Shown here piece after piece: positions 51,744 through 61,051 of a stretch of 64,000 nt of DNA. Each line of letters opens with the position of its first letter. Positions within the stretch are counted from its first letter, which is position 1. The notes beneath the pieces were generated by a model. The model did not search any database. It was not told where the DNA came from and saw nothing but the letters and a program-made list of their open reading frames with translations. The DNA comes from an uncultured Actinomycetes bacterium (lineage in GTDB: Bacteria > Actinomycetota > Thermoleophilia > RBG-16-64-13): contig CAVPLM010000003.1 of NCBI GenBank assembly GCA_963706025.1, positions 800,001 to 864,000 of the forward strand. Direction: 5' to 3'. The translations under genes were made by a program, and so were the position numbers.

Positions 51744-52732
51744 ATGCACGAGATTGACTTTTCCAAGTATAAAGATGTGCCGCCCTACATGTTCATCCCC
51801 TTCGCCAAAGACACCATCATGGACATGTCCTACCACGACAGGTGGAACATCCCGGACAAGGTGGGCATAACCGTCGCGCCGGTGGGAGCCTTCGTGAAGC
51901 GTGACCAGAACCCCTATCAGCCGTATACGCCCGAGGAGATCATCAAGGAGTGCATCGAGGCCGTCGAGGCAGGGGCCTGCGGAGTGCACATCCACGTGCG
52001 CGACGAAGAAGGTAACCCATCGTCCGACCGGACGATGACGCTGCAGGTGGTCAACGCTCTGCGGGAGCGGTTCAGGGACACCGTCTACATCGAGGGAGAG
52101 GCCAACACCGGCCCCGACTTCGAGACCATGATGCAGCCGCTAGTCGAGGACTACCTGGAGAACGCCGCCGTCAACTGTATGGCGGATTTCATCGGGGACG
52201 CCCTGTTCTGTCTGCCGCCGCAGACCTGCCGGGCGACCGCCGAGGTGATCCAGGCCTGCGGCAAGAAGGTCACGCTGGCGGTATACAACGCGGGGGATAT
52301 CGATAACACCTACCGGTGGATCATCAAGCCAGGCGTCGTCAAGCCCCCTTCTGCTGGGGGGTGTGCATCGGCACGCCGGGCGGAGCCCCGATGTGGGACC
52401 CGCTCGGCATGGCGGAGACGCTGCTGGGCGTTATCCGGCGCATCAGGGACGTCGACCCCTCGGACAGCCCCTTCATCACCGTGTGCCAGGCGGGGCGGGC
52501 CTCCTCGTACCTGTCGACCTTGGCGATCCTGCTCGGCTGTAACGTGCGTGTGGGCAAAGAGGACGCCATCCACGTGGTGCCGCACAAGGACGACAAGATC
52601 GTCTCCTGCAAAGACGCTGTGGAACAGCACGTCGTGCTGGCCAGGCTGCTCGGCCGGGAGCCCATGACCGCGGCCGAGTACCGGGTGGCCAACGCCATGG
52701 CTCCCTACGAGTACAGAGGGGCGTACACATGA
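51744..52732 (+). CDS. Beta-keto acid cleavage enzyme (BKACE/DUF849); frameshift in the C-run near 52345
   Basis: ITVAPVGA, P.TPEEI, AGA..VHIHVRD; shifted frame gives VRVGKED…GREPMT. Confidence 0.85.
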
Positions 52733-53493
52733 AACGCGTGAAGGACAAGGTGGCGATCGTCACCGGGGCGGCCAGCGGCATGGGCGAGGCCTCGGCGCGG
52801 CTGCTGGCCCGCGAGGGGGCTAAAGTCGTGATGTCCGACATCAACGAGGTAGCTGGAGACAGGATAGCCATGGAGATAGCAGGTCAGGGCGACACCTGTG
52901 TCTTCATGAAGCACGATGTGGCCAGCGAGTCCGACTGGCAGCGGGTGATCGCGGGCACTCTCGAGCGTTTCGCCAGGCTTGACGTACTCGTGAACAACGC
53001 CGGCGTCACCGTGAACAAGGATATCGAGGAGACCACGCTGGAAGAGTGGCGCTGGGTCATGAGTGTCAACCTGGACGGTGTGTTCCTCGGGGTCAAATAC
53101 GCCATGGGGGCTATGAAGAAGACCGGGGGCGGTTCGATCATCAATATCTCTTCGGCCGGGGGGATCGTCGGTCAGTTGTGGGCTGCTGCCTACAACGCCA
53201 GTAAGGGCGGCGTCAGGCTGCTGACGAAAGCGGCCGCCCTCGAATGTTCAAAGGCGGGGCGCGACTACAACATCCGAGTCAACTCGATCCATCCCGGATG
53301 CGTGCGCACGGCTCTCCTGGAGCCTCTGCTCAAGAAGAAGGAGATGGCGGACATCATCAACAGTCTGCATCCAATAGGGCACCTGGGAGATCCGGAGGAC
53401 GTGGCCTACGCAGTCCTCTACCTGGCGTCTGATGAGTCCAAGTTCGCCACCGGCTCGGAACTGGTGATCGACGGAGGCTACACGGCCCAGTAG
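52729..53493 (+). CDS. Short-chain dehydrogenase/reductase
   Basis: TGAASGMG, NNAG, YNASK, DGG. Confidence 0.93.
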   Translation: MKRVKDKVAIVTGAASGMGEASARLLAREGAKVVMSDINEVAGDRIAMEIAGQGDTCVFMKHDVASESDWQRVIAGTLERFARLDVLVNNAGVTVNKDIEETTLEEWRWVMSVNLDGVFLGVKYAMGAMKKTGGGSIINISSAGGIVGQLWAAAYNASKGGVRLLTKAAALECSKAGRDYNIRVNSIHPGCVRTALLEPLLKKKEMADIINSLHPIGHLGDPEDVAYAVLYLASDESKFATGSELVIDGGYTAQ

Positions 53494-53540
53494 CAGTCGA
53501 TCGGGGAGAAGACGGTCGTCACAGAGCGAAAGGTGGAGAG

Positions 53541-54551
53541 ATGAAGAAGTTGATCAACAACCCATACGAGGTCGTCGACGATACGCTCGCCGGTATTCTC
53601 AAAGCCTATCCATTCCATCTGCGGGCCTGTCGGGAAAGCCAGCGGGCCTTGGTGCGCGCGGATGCGCCGGTGAAAGGTAAGGTAGGCATCTGCACGGGAG
53701 GAGGGTCGGGTCATATTCCTGTGTTTCTCGGCTATGTCGGCCCGGGCCTGCTTGACGGAGTGGCCGTAGGCAACGTCTTTTCGTCTCCAAGCGCGGAGGA
53801 CATGCTGGCTGCCGCCAAAGAGGTCGACGGCGGTGCCGGCGTGCTCTATCTCTACGGGAATTACCAGGGCGACATTATGAACTTCGACATGGCCGCGGAG
53901 ATGGCGGAAGTCGACGGAATCGCCGTAAAGACGTGCATCGCCATGGACGACGTCGCCTCAGCCCCGCGTTCCGAAATGGAGCACCGTCGAGGCGTGGCCG
54001 GCATCTTCTTTGCCTACAAGATCGCCGGAGCCAAGGCCGACACCATGGCCAGTCTCGACGAGGTCAAAGCTGTGACCGACCGAGCGATCGAGAGCACGTG
54101 CACCATGGGGTTCTCTCTCAGCCCCTGCACGATCCCAGCGGTCGGGAAACCCACCTTCTCCATCGCTGAGGATGAGATGGAGCTCGGCATGGGCATCCAC
54201 GGAGAGCCCGGTATCGAGCGCACCAAGCTGAAGCCGGCCAACGAAGTGGCCACTATCGTCACGGAGAAGCTCATCGCCGATCTGCCCTTCAGGGCCGGCG
54301 ACAAGGTGGCTGTGCTGGTCAACGGTCTGGGGGCCACTCCGCCGGAAGAGCTCTTCATCCTGTACAGCAAGGTCCACGACATTCTGAGGGAGCACAGCAT
54401 CGGGATATATCGGTCCTTCATTGGCGAATATGCGACGTCCATGGAAATGGCCGGCGCGTCGGTCACGTTATTCAGGCTGGACGAGGAATTCATGAGTCTG
54501 CTGGATGCGCCTGCGTACTCACCGTTCTTGCTGCAGTGGCCTAGGCCGTGA
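53541..54551 (+). CDS. dhaK: Dihydroxyacetone kinase subunit K-like
   Basis: MKKLINNP, GGGSGH.P, NYQGD..NF, GMGIHGEPG. Confidence 0.9.
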   Translation: MKKLINNPYEVVDDTLAGILKAYPFHLRACRESQRALVRADAPVKGKVGICTGGGSGHIPVFLGYVGPGLLDGVAVGNVFSSPSAEDMLAAAKEVDGGAGVLYLYGNYQGDIMNFDMAAEMAEVDGIAVKTCIAMDDVASAPRSEMEHRRGVAGIFFAYKIAGAKADTMASLDEVKAVTDRAIESTCTMGFSLSPCTIPAVGKPTFSIAEDEMELGMGIHGEPGIERTKLKPANEVATIVTEKLIADLPFRAGDKVAVLVNGLGATPPEELFILYSKVHDILREHSIGIYRSFIGEYATSMEMAGASVTLFRLDEEFMSLLDAPAYSPFLLQWPRP

Positions 54552-55207
54552 GCGCGTTTGCCTTCGACAGTGCTGACCTCTGTCGCATGCTAAGTCAGGT
54601 AGCGGCCGGTCTTGCGGCGCACAGCGAAGAAATGCGAGAATTAGACGCAAAAGTAGGTGATGGAGACCTGGGGATCACGGTTGGCCTGATCGCCAAAGCC
54701 TTGACCGACTTCGCAGAAACAACGAGCGAAGCAGATGTAGGGAAGCTGCTCATGCAGTGCGGCTTGGCGGTCAACAGATCCAATCCCTCCACTTTCGCCA
54801 CTATTCTTGCATCTGGATTCATGGGTGGTGGCAAAGCTGTCGTCGGCAAGACGTCTATCGGGCTCAGTGACTGGGTCGCCATGGGCGAAAGCGCGGTCGA
54901 CAGCATGCAGTGCCGTGGCAAGGCGTCGGTAGGAGACAAGACCCTGCTGGACACGCTGGTGCCGGCTATCGCGTCGCTGGCAGCCGAGGCGCGCAAGGGG
55001 AGCGATGAACGGACCGCGGTGCTGGCAGCGTCGCGGGCCGGTGAGCAGGGGATGAGGGCCACCACAGATATGGTCGCCAGGTGCGGCAGGGCCAGGGCTT
55101 TTCAGGAGCGGAGCATTGGCGTGCAGGACGGCGGCGCCACGGCGATGTTCTACATGATCAACGCCTTTGCGGAGTTTGTGGACGCCTCGCTCCCGAATGT
55201 GGGTTGA
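54548..55207 (+). CDS. dhaL: Dihydroxyacetone kinase subunit L-like (DAK2)
   Basis: LDAKVGDGD, GKA..GDKTLLD, GRA. Confidence 0.88.
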   Translation: MSAFAFDSADLCRMLSQVAAGLAAHSEEMRELDAKVGDGDLGITVGLIAKALTDFAETTSEADVGKLLMQCGLAVNRSNPSTFATILASGFMGGGKAVVGKTSIGLSDWVAMGESAVDSMQCRGKASVGDKTLLDTLVPAIASLAAEARKGSDERTAVLAASRAGEQGMRATTDMVARCGRARAFQERSIGVQDGGATAMFYMINAFAEFVDASLPNVG

Positions 55208-55267
55208 TGCGATGAACAACGCGACAGATGGAGCCCAGGTCATGCTAAGGCCGGCAAGGAGGAGTGG

Positions 55268-55633
55268 ATGCTAGAGCGCGTAACAAGGGACGATGCCCCC
55301 GTATACCACCTGCCGGGCCGCGATTGGCGCTTGTGCATGGGTCCCGGCATCAGTGAGGTCAAGAACCTGACGGTGGGTGTCTCGATCTTTCCCCCGGGGT
55401 CCGCTCCGCCCGGCCATGTCCACGACCGCGAGGAGGAAGTCATCTACGTCGTGTCGGGACGAGGGGAGCTGCACACACCCGAGTGCTCTGTGTCGTTGGA
55501 GCCAGGGACCTGCGTCTATGTCCCCATCGGGCTGCATCACGCTACTGCTTCACACGGCCCGGAACCTCTCGAACTGGTCACGGCATTCTCACCCCCGGTC
55601 ATGCCCGGATCGTATGAGGTGCAGGAGAGATGA
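55268..55633 (+). CDS. Cupin domain protein
   Basis: HVH..EEVIYV.SG.G…VP.G.HH. Confidence 0.85.
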   Translation: MLERVTRDDAPVYHLPGRDWRLCMGPGISEVKNLTVGVSIFPPGSAPPGHVHDREEEVIYVVSGRGELHTPECSVSLEPGTCVYVPIGLHHATASHGPEPLELVTAFSPPVMPGSYEVQER

Positions 55634-56517
55634 CCCAGGCCTCGCCCAGCATCGACGAGATGCGGGCGATCGCCCGGCGCGGAAGGCGCGAGATCGTCAA
55701 GGCAGTGGCTCGCGCAAAGGGAGGTCATCTGGGTGGGCCCCTCTCTGCCTTCGACATTCTCACCGCCCTCTACTTCAGAGTGTTGAACGTGCGGCCTGAC
55801 GAGCCCTCCTGGCCCGACCGGGATCGATTCATCCTTTCGAAGGGTCACGCCTCCATCGCTCTGTACACGATCCTCGCCCTCCGCGGCTACTTCCCGCTTG
55901 AGGAGCTATCGACCTTCGACGCGATCGATTCCCGGCTGCAGGGACATCCGGACATGACCATCACTCCGGGCGTCGACATGTCGTCCGGCTCCCTTGGTCT
56001 TGGGTTCTCTGCCGGTATAGGGATGGCGCTGGCGGCCAGACTGGCCGGGAAGACCTTCACGACCTGCGTGATGGTCGGCGATGGCGAGTGCAACGAGGGT
56101 ATCGTCTGGGAGGGGGCCCACGTCGCCCAACGTCACGCGCTCGGCAATCTCGTTGTCATAGTCGACCACAATCAGCTCCAGCAGTTTGGATGGCGCGGTA
56201 AGGATGGAGCTGATCGTCTTCCTCCCTACACGGGGACCCAGCTAAAAGACCGGTGGACCTCCTTCGGATGGGAGACGCTCGAGGTCGACGGGCACGACAT
56301 GGCGGCCGTGGTCGATGTCCTTGAGAGGGCCTGGCATGTCAGCGACAAGCCCGCTTTGGTCATCGCCCGCACCGTGAAAGGCAAGGGCGTTTCGTTCATG
56401 GAGGGGGACTTCCTCTGGCATAGCCGGGTGCCCACCGACGAAGAGCTGGCGGCTGCGCTCGAGGAGTTGAAAGAGCCTCCGACTGAAGGGCAGGGGGGCG
56501 TGCGTGGCTCTTCCTAG
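55630..56517 (+). CDS. Split transketolase, N-terminal ThDP subunit
   Basis: GHLGG, DRFILSKGH, LQGHP, GDGE..EG..WE, KGKG. Confidence 0.92.
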   Translation: MTQASPSIDEMRAIARRGRREIVKAVARAKGGHLGGPLSAFDILTALYFRVLNVRPDEPSWPDRDRFILSKGHASIALYTILALRGYFPLEELSTFDAIDSRLQGHPDMTITPGVDMSSGSLGLGFSAGIGMALAARLAGKTFTTCVMVGDGECNEGIVWEGAHVAQRHALGNLVVIVDHNQLQQFGWRGKDGADRLPPYTGTQLKDRWTSFGWETLEVDGHDMAAVVDVLERAWHVSDKPALVIARTVKGKGVSFMEGDFLWHSRVPTDEELAAALEELKEPPTEGQGGVRGSS

Positions 56518-57454
56518 CGGGAAAGCCTTGCGGGTAGCCTTCGGAGAGAGCGTCACGGAGATCGCGAAGCGTGATCCCCGGATCGTCATGTTGGACGGTG
56601 ACGTCGGCATTTCCACTCGTGCCGACATCTTTGAGGCAGCCTACCCCGATAGGTTCTTCCAAATGGGGATCGCGGAGCAGAACATGCTAGGCGTTGCCGC
56701 GGGCTTCGCAAGCGTTGGATTCGTTCCGTTTGTCAGTGTGTTCGCCTGTTTTGCCGTCGCCCGCGCGCTCGACTCGATCCGTGTCCTGATTGCTCAACCA
56801 AGACTAAGTGTCAAGATCGCCGGTGGGTATGCCGGGCTTCTAGCCGGCAAGACGGGGAAGACGCACCTGATGTTGGACGATGTCTCAATCATGCGCGCCA
56901 TGGCGAACATGTCGGTGATCGCCCCGGCCGACGAGATCGAGACCCGACAGGCGATCGAGGCCGCTGTCGAGATCGAGGGCCCCATGTACTTGCGGATCAC
57001 CCGGGAGATCTCTCCACTGCTCTTTGACTCAACCTACAAGTTCCAGTTTGGGAAAGCGGTCGTGGTTCGGGACGGCAGTGACGTGGCGCTCATCAGCACC
57101 GGCGTGCAGACTTGCCGGGTCTTGGAAGCAGCGGAGCTCCTAGCTGCACAAGGGGTCGAGGCGCTCGTCCTGCACGTGCCTACGATCAAGCCGCTCGACT
57201 GTGACGCGATCGTCCGGGTCGCGAGAGAAACAGGCTTTGTCGTCACGATAGAAGACGGCACGGTCATCGGGGGACTCGGCGGAGCGGTGGCCGAAACGCT
57301 CGGGGATCGGTATCCAGTCACCGTGAAGCGCCTTGGCATTCTCGACGTCTTCGGTGAAAGCGGGCCGGACGACGCCCTGCTCGAGAAGTACCGCCTCTCG
57401 CCATCCAAGGTCGCCGAAGACGTAGCAACGCTGCTCGGATCGAGCCGGGGATGA
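56504..57454 (+). CDS. Split transketolase, C-terminal subunit
   Basis: GIAEQN, G.TH, P.YLR, TIKPLD, GGLG, FGESG. Confidence 0.92.
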   Translation: MALPSGKALRVAFGESVTEIAKRDPRIVMLDGDVGISTRADIFEAAYPDRFFQMGIAEQNMLGVAAGFASVGFVPFVSVFACFAVARALDSIRVLIAQPRLSVKIAGGYAGLLAGKTGKTHLMLDDVSIMRAMANMSVIAPADEIETRQAIEAAVEIEGPMYLRITREISPLLFDSTYKFQFGKAVVVRDGSDVALISTGVQTCRVLEAAELLAAQGVEALVLHVPTIKPLDCDAIVRVARETGFVVTIEDGTVIGGLGGAVAETLGDRYPVTVKRLGILDVFGESGPDDALLEKYRLSPSKVAEDVATLLGSSRG

Positions 57455-57530
57455 GCAGCAACAGCGGCGCGGGATGTGCACACGCCCAGTTGACCCCGGC
57501 TACCCCAGTTCGGCGGCGGCTCTACACCGG

Positions 57531-58301
57531 TTAGGTGCCCCGGCGCGCGGTCGCGAATTCGGCGAGTGATTCGTCTTCGTTCGATGCTTTCGCAGCAACG
57601 AGCTCCGGTGACGCCGCCATATCGCGCAGAAAGAGCTCCAGGATTCTTCTGGAGATGCCGTCGGTCACGAACTCTTCGATTCCCATCAGCTTTGTAACGT
57701 CCTCAGCCCAGAAGAGAAGCATCATCTCGTAGGCCGCTACCCGCGGGTCCATGTCTGGACGGATGGTGCCCTGTCGTTTTCCTTCTTCCACGAAACCGGC
57801 GAGTGTCTTCAGGGTCTCGCGCTGCCTCTCACTCGAGACTTCGCAGAGGCCGGAGTCTGGGGGAGCCGTGAGGACCTCGAAGGTAGGGAGGACAAAACCG
57901 TCGAACTCTCCCGAGATAAAGGTGGAGTGGGTTTCGGCGAGGGTTCGGAGGCGGTCGAGCACGTTGGGCTCGGACGGCACGGTCAGGTGCATGACTACCC
58001 TCTCGCACATGACTTCCACAGCGGCAAGCAGCATATCTTGCCTACTGGGGAAGTGGGCATACAGCGATGGTGCCTCCATCCCGACTTCCTCGGCGATCCG
58101 GGATACCGTTGTGCCGTGGAGTCCGTGGCGAGCTATCAGCCGAAGCGTCGCGTCGGCGATCTGGGCCTTTCTCTCGAGACCGCTAAGTCGAGCTCGGGGC
58201 ATCTTGTTCCCGGTCTTGCGGGGGCTGCTACCTTGCGGAGCTTTCCGGTCGTTTCTTCCTCTCTCTGGCGTTCCGTCCAACGGGATTACCTTCTCTCGCA
58301 A
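57531..58301 (-). CDS. TetR-family regulator (alternative start ATG 58202)
   Basis: RKAQIADA…GTTVSRIAEEVG…SLYAHF HTH. Confidence 0.9.
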   Translation of the reverse strand: MREKVIPLDGTPERGRNDRKAPQGSSPRKTGNKMPRARLSGLERKAQIADATLRLIARHGLHGTTVSRIAEEVGMEAPSLYAHFPSRQDMLLAAVEVMCERVVMHLTVPSEPNVLDRLRTLAETHSTFISGEFDGFVLPTFEVLTAPPDSGLCEVSSERQRETLKTLAGFVEEGKRQGTIRPDMDPRVAAYEMMLLFWAEDVTKLMGIEEFVTDGISRRILELFLRDMAASPELVAAKASNEDESLAEFATARRGT

Positions 58302-58471
58302 GAGCCTTCTTGACGACTATGACGACTGTCGATCTTCTCGCCGAGACTGAGTGACTGATTCCTCAGAATAGTGCTCCGGCCGCGGTTCGGTCTAGCGCCG
58401 ATCGGGACCCGCAACTCGTTTTCCGATTCTTCCTTGACGTGCCGACCGTGCGCATGGCACGGATACTATTC

Positions 58472-58635
58472 TACCTAACAAGCAAAGTTAGGTAATGCGC
58501 GAAAGCGAAGACCGTTCGTGGCGATTGCCGGCGCGACCTTTCCCGGCGACACCGGTTGCCTGTGAGACTCGCACTTGATGTGCAAGCCGTCACGTGGTAT
58601 AGGCACTGCTATACCTAACAAACGCAAGTTAGGTA
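58472..58635. promoter_or_regulatory. Two TACCTAAC-N7/8-GTTAGGTA inverted repeats (probable operators)
   Basis: At 58472-58494 and 58612-58635, in the tetR/lactonase divergent region. Confidence 0.7.
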
Positions 58636-58654
58636 ACCCGAAGGAGGGATCAGG

Positions 58655-59485
58655 ATGAAGAAGACGAGGCTTAGCCTCCTGGATAGCGGCACCTTGGCTC
58701 TAGAAGGATACAAGCTGTTCTGGGGGCGTGGCTCGGCCGAGCTTGTCCGCTTCGCCAGTTACAGCGTGCTGATCGATCACAAGGACGGCCTGTTCCTCTT
58801 CGACAGCGGATACGACGGCGACTTCATGGACAAGTGGACCCCGCAAGACCATGCGATCCACAGCCCGGAGCAGACCATACCGGCTCAGTTCGCCAAGCTT
58901 GGGATCGACATGAGCGAGGTGCGGTACATCCTGAACTCGCACCTTCACATCGATCATGTGGGTGGCTTCAAGTTCCTCCCCGACGCGACTATCGTCGTGC
59001 ATGAGAAGGAATACCAAGCTGCCAAGGACCCCATGCCGTTCGAATACCAGAGCTATTCGGACCTGTCCTTCGATCCTGAACTCCACCGGCTGAACTTCAT
59101 GGGGGCGCGAGACATCCTGGGCCGGGCCGGCACGGAGGAGACCAAGCCGGCCAACCCGCGGTCGCCGAGGTACGAGTTCGTCGACAAGGACATCGAAGTC
59201 GCCGAAGGCATCTGGCTTTACGAGACTCCTGGCCACTCCCTGGGTCACATGAGCCTCGTGGTTGAGGGTCTACAGCGCGCGCCCATGATGTTCCCGGCCG
59301 ACGCCTGTCACCTCCCGCGGCACTTGGAGGAGATGATCGTGCCGGGATTCCATGTAGACCCGGTTGCTGCGTACCGGTCGATTGAGAAGGTGAAAGCGAC
59401 CGCCGCTAAGCACGGCGCCGAGGTCTTCTTCGGGCATCCTCCGGGAGATTCGCTCTGCTACCGCAAGGCTCCGGCTTGGTACTGA
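58655..59485 (+). CDS. Metallo-beta-lactamase-fold lactonase, 4-pyridoxolactonase-like
   Basis: NSHLHIDH, TPGH; LLDSGTL..GY..FW.RG…VRF, PFEY..YSDLSF and FHVDPVA match my recollection of Mesorhizobium 4-pyridoxolactonase. Confidence 0.8.
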   Translation: MKKTRLSLLDSGTLALEGYKLFWGRGSAELVRFASYSVLIDHKDGLFLFDSGYDGDFMDKWTPQDHAIHSPEQTIPAQFAKLGIDMSEVRYILNSHLHIDHVGGFKFLPDATIVVHEKEYQAAKDPMPFEYQSYSDLSFDPELHRLNFMGARDILGRAGTEETKPANPRSPRYEFVDKDIEVAEGIWLYETPGHSLGHMSLVVEGLQRAPMMFPADACHLPRHLEEMIVPGFHVDPVAAYRSIEKVKATAAKHGAEVFFGHPPGDSLCYRKAPAWY

Positions 59486-60945
59486 TGAACGCTACCGACA
59501 TCACCGACCTGCGCACGGCGCTCGAGTTTCTCGAGGCGATACCCGGCCAACTGGTGTCGACGAGAGTGGAGGTCGACCCGTACCTCGAGTTGGCCGGTAT
59601 CTACAGACGGGTGGGATCCGGCACGCCGACGGCTCCACCCACTCAGATCGGCCCGGCCATGCTGTTCCAGAACGTCAAGGGCCACGACGTGTCGGTGGTC
59701 GCCGGAGTGCTGGCCAGCCGGGAGCGTACTGCCCTTCTCCTGGGAAGCAAAAAGGAACGGCTGGCCTTCGATCTGCTCGCGGCCTTGGAGCACCCCGTGC
59801 CGGCGGTGGACATCCCAGAGGGGACCGGGGCCCCGTGCCAGGAAGTGGTCATCGAGCCGCCATTCGACATCCGGAGATTCATTCCGGCGATGATCAGTAC
59901 CAAGAAGGACGCCGGAGTCTTTCTGAACATGGCAATAGTCCGCGCTGAGGATCCTGAGAACGGCCAATCGGACGTCACGTTCCATCGCATGTGCATCCAT
60001 GGACCCGAAACCATGACGGTGGAGTTCACGCCCGGCCGCCACATCGACTGCTTCCGACTGAAGGCTGAGGCGAAGGGCAGGCCTTTCCCTGCTTCGATCA
60101 ATATCGGCTTGGACCCGGCCGTGCACGTGGCCACGTCCTTCGAACCCCCCACAACGCCTCTCGGATTCGACGAATTGACGGTCGCCGGCGCCTTGCGGCA
60201 ACGGCCCGTTGAGCTGGCGGGTTGCGTCACGCAGCCCACACGAGCCCTTGCTCGGGCCGAGATCGTTCTGGAAGGGGAGTTCAGACCGGGCGAGTATGTG
60301 GACGAAGACGCGGTCAGCCGGACTGGGTGGGCCATGCCTGAGTTCCCGGGCTACGTGGGCAAGGCCCATCTTCATCAGCCTGTCTTCCATGTGACCGCAA
60401 TCACTCACAGGACCGATCCTATCTTTCAGGTACTGATTGGACCGGGAGAGGAGCACGTGACCCTCACGGGTCTACCCACTGAAGCCAGCATCTACAGGCT
60501 CATCCATAATGCCATGCCCGGCTTCCTCCAGAATGTGTACTGCCATTCATCGGGGGGTGGCAAATACCTGGCCGTGCTACAGGTGAAGAAGAGACATTCG
60601 ATGGACGAGGGCCGGCAGCGTCAAGCAGCGCTGACCGCGCTCGCCGCTTTCGCGGAGTTGAAGCACGTCATTATCGTCGACGACGATGTGGATCTTTATG
60701 ACACAAATGATGTCATGTGGGCCATGACCACCCGCTATCAGGGAGACGTGGACACCATCTGCATCCCGGGCGTGCGCTGCCACCCCTTGGACCCGACCGC
60801 CAACCCTGAATACAACCCGATGTTGCGCGACAGGGGCCTTTCCTGCAAGACCATCTTCGACTGTACGGCTCCCTTCGGCATGAAGGAGCACTTTGAGCGT
60901 TCCCAGTTCGTAGATGTGGACCTGAGGAAGTTCCTGGCTGAGTGA
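59485..60945 (+). CDS. UbiD-family prFMN decarboxylase (AroY/LpdC clade)
   Basis: DLR.A, ELAG.Y..G…PT.IGPAM, SDVTFHR, AMPEFPGY, GPGEEH, HPLDP. Confidence 0.9.
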   Translation: MNATDITDLRTALEFLEAIPGQLVSTRVEVDPYLELAGIYRRVGSGTPTAPPTQIGPAMLFQNVKGHDVSVVAGVLASRERTALLLGSKKERLAFDLLAALEHPVPAVDIPEGTGAPCQEVVIEPPFDIRRFIPAMISTKKDAGVFLNMAIVRAEDPENGQSDVTFHRMCIHGPETMTVEFTPGRHIDCFRLKAEAKGRPFPASINIGLDPAVHVATSFEPPTTPLGFDELTVAGALRQRPVELAGCVTQPTRALARAEIVLEGEFRPGEYVDEDAVSRTGWAMPEFPGYVGKAHLHQPVFHVTAITHRTDPIFQVLIGPGEEHVTLTGLPTEASIYRLIHNAMPGFLQNVYCHSSGGGKYLAVLQVKKRHSMDEGRQRQAALTALAAFAELKHVIIVDDDVDLYDTNDVMWAMTTRYQGDVDTICIPGVRCHPLDPTANPEYNPMLRDRGLSCKTIFDCTAPFGMKEHFERSQFVDVDLRKFLAE

Positions 60946-61051
60946 AGATCAGACGTGGAGAAAGACCACCGTACATTGTGTCGGGGCTCCAGAGAGGTCC
61001 GACTATGATGAGATTCTGGGCCGTGTCATGCCGACCTTAAGGAGACTACAG

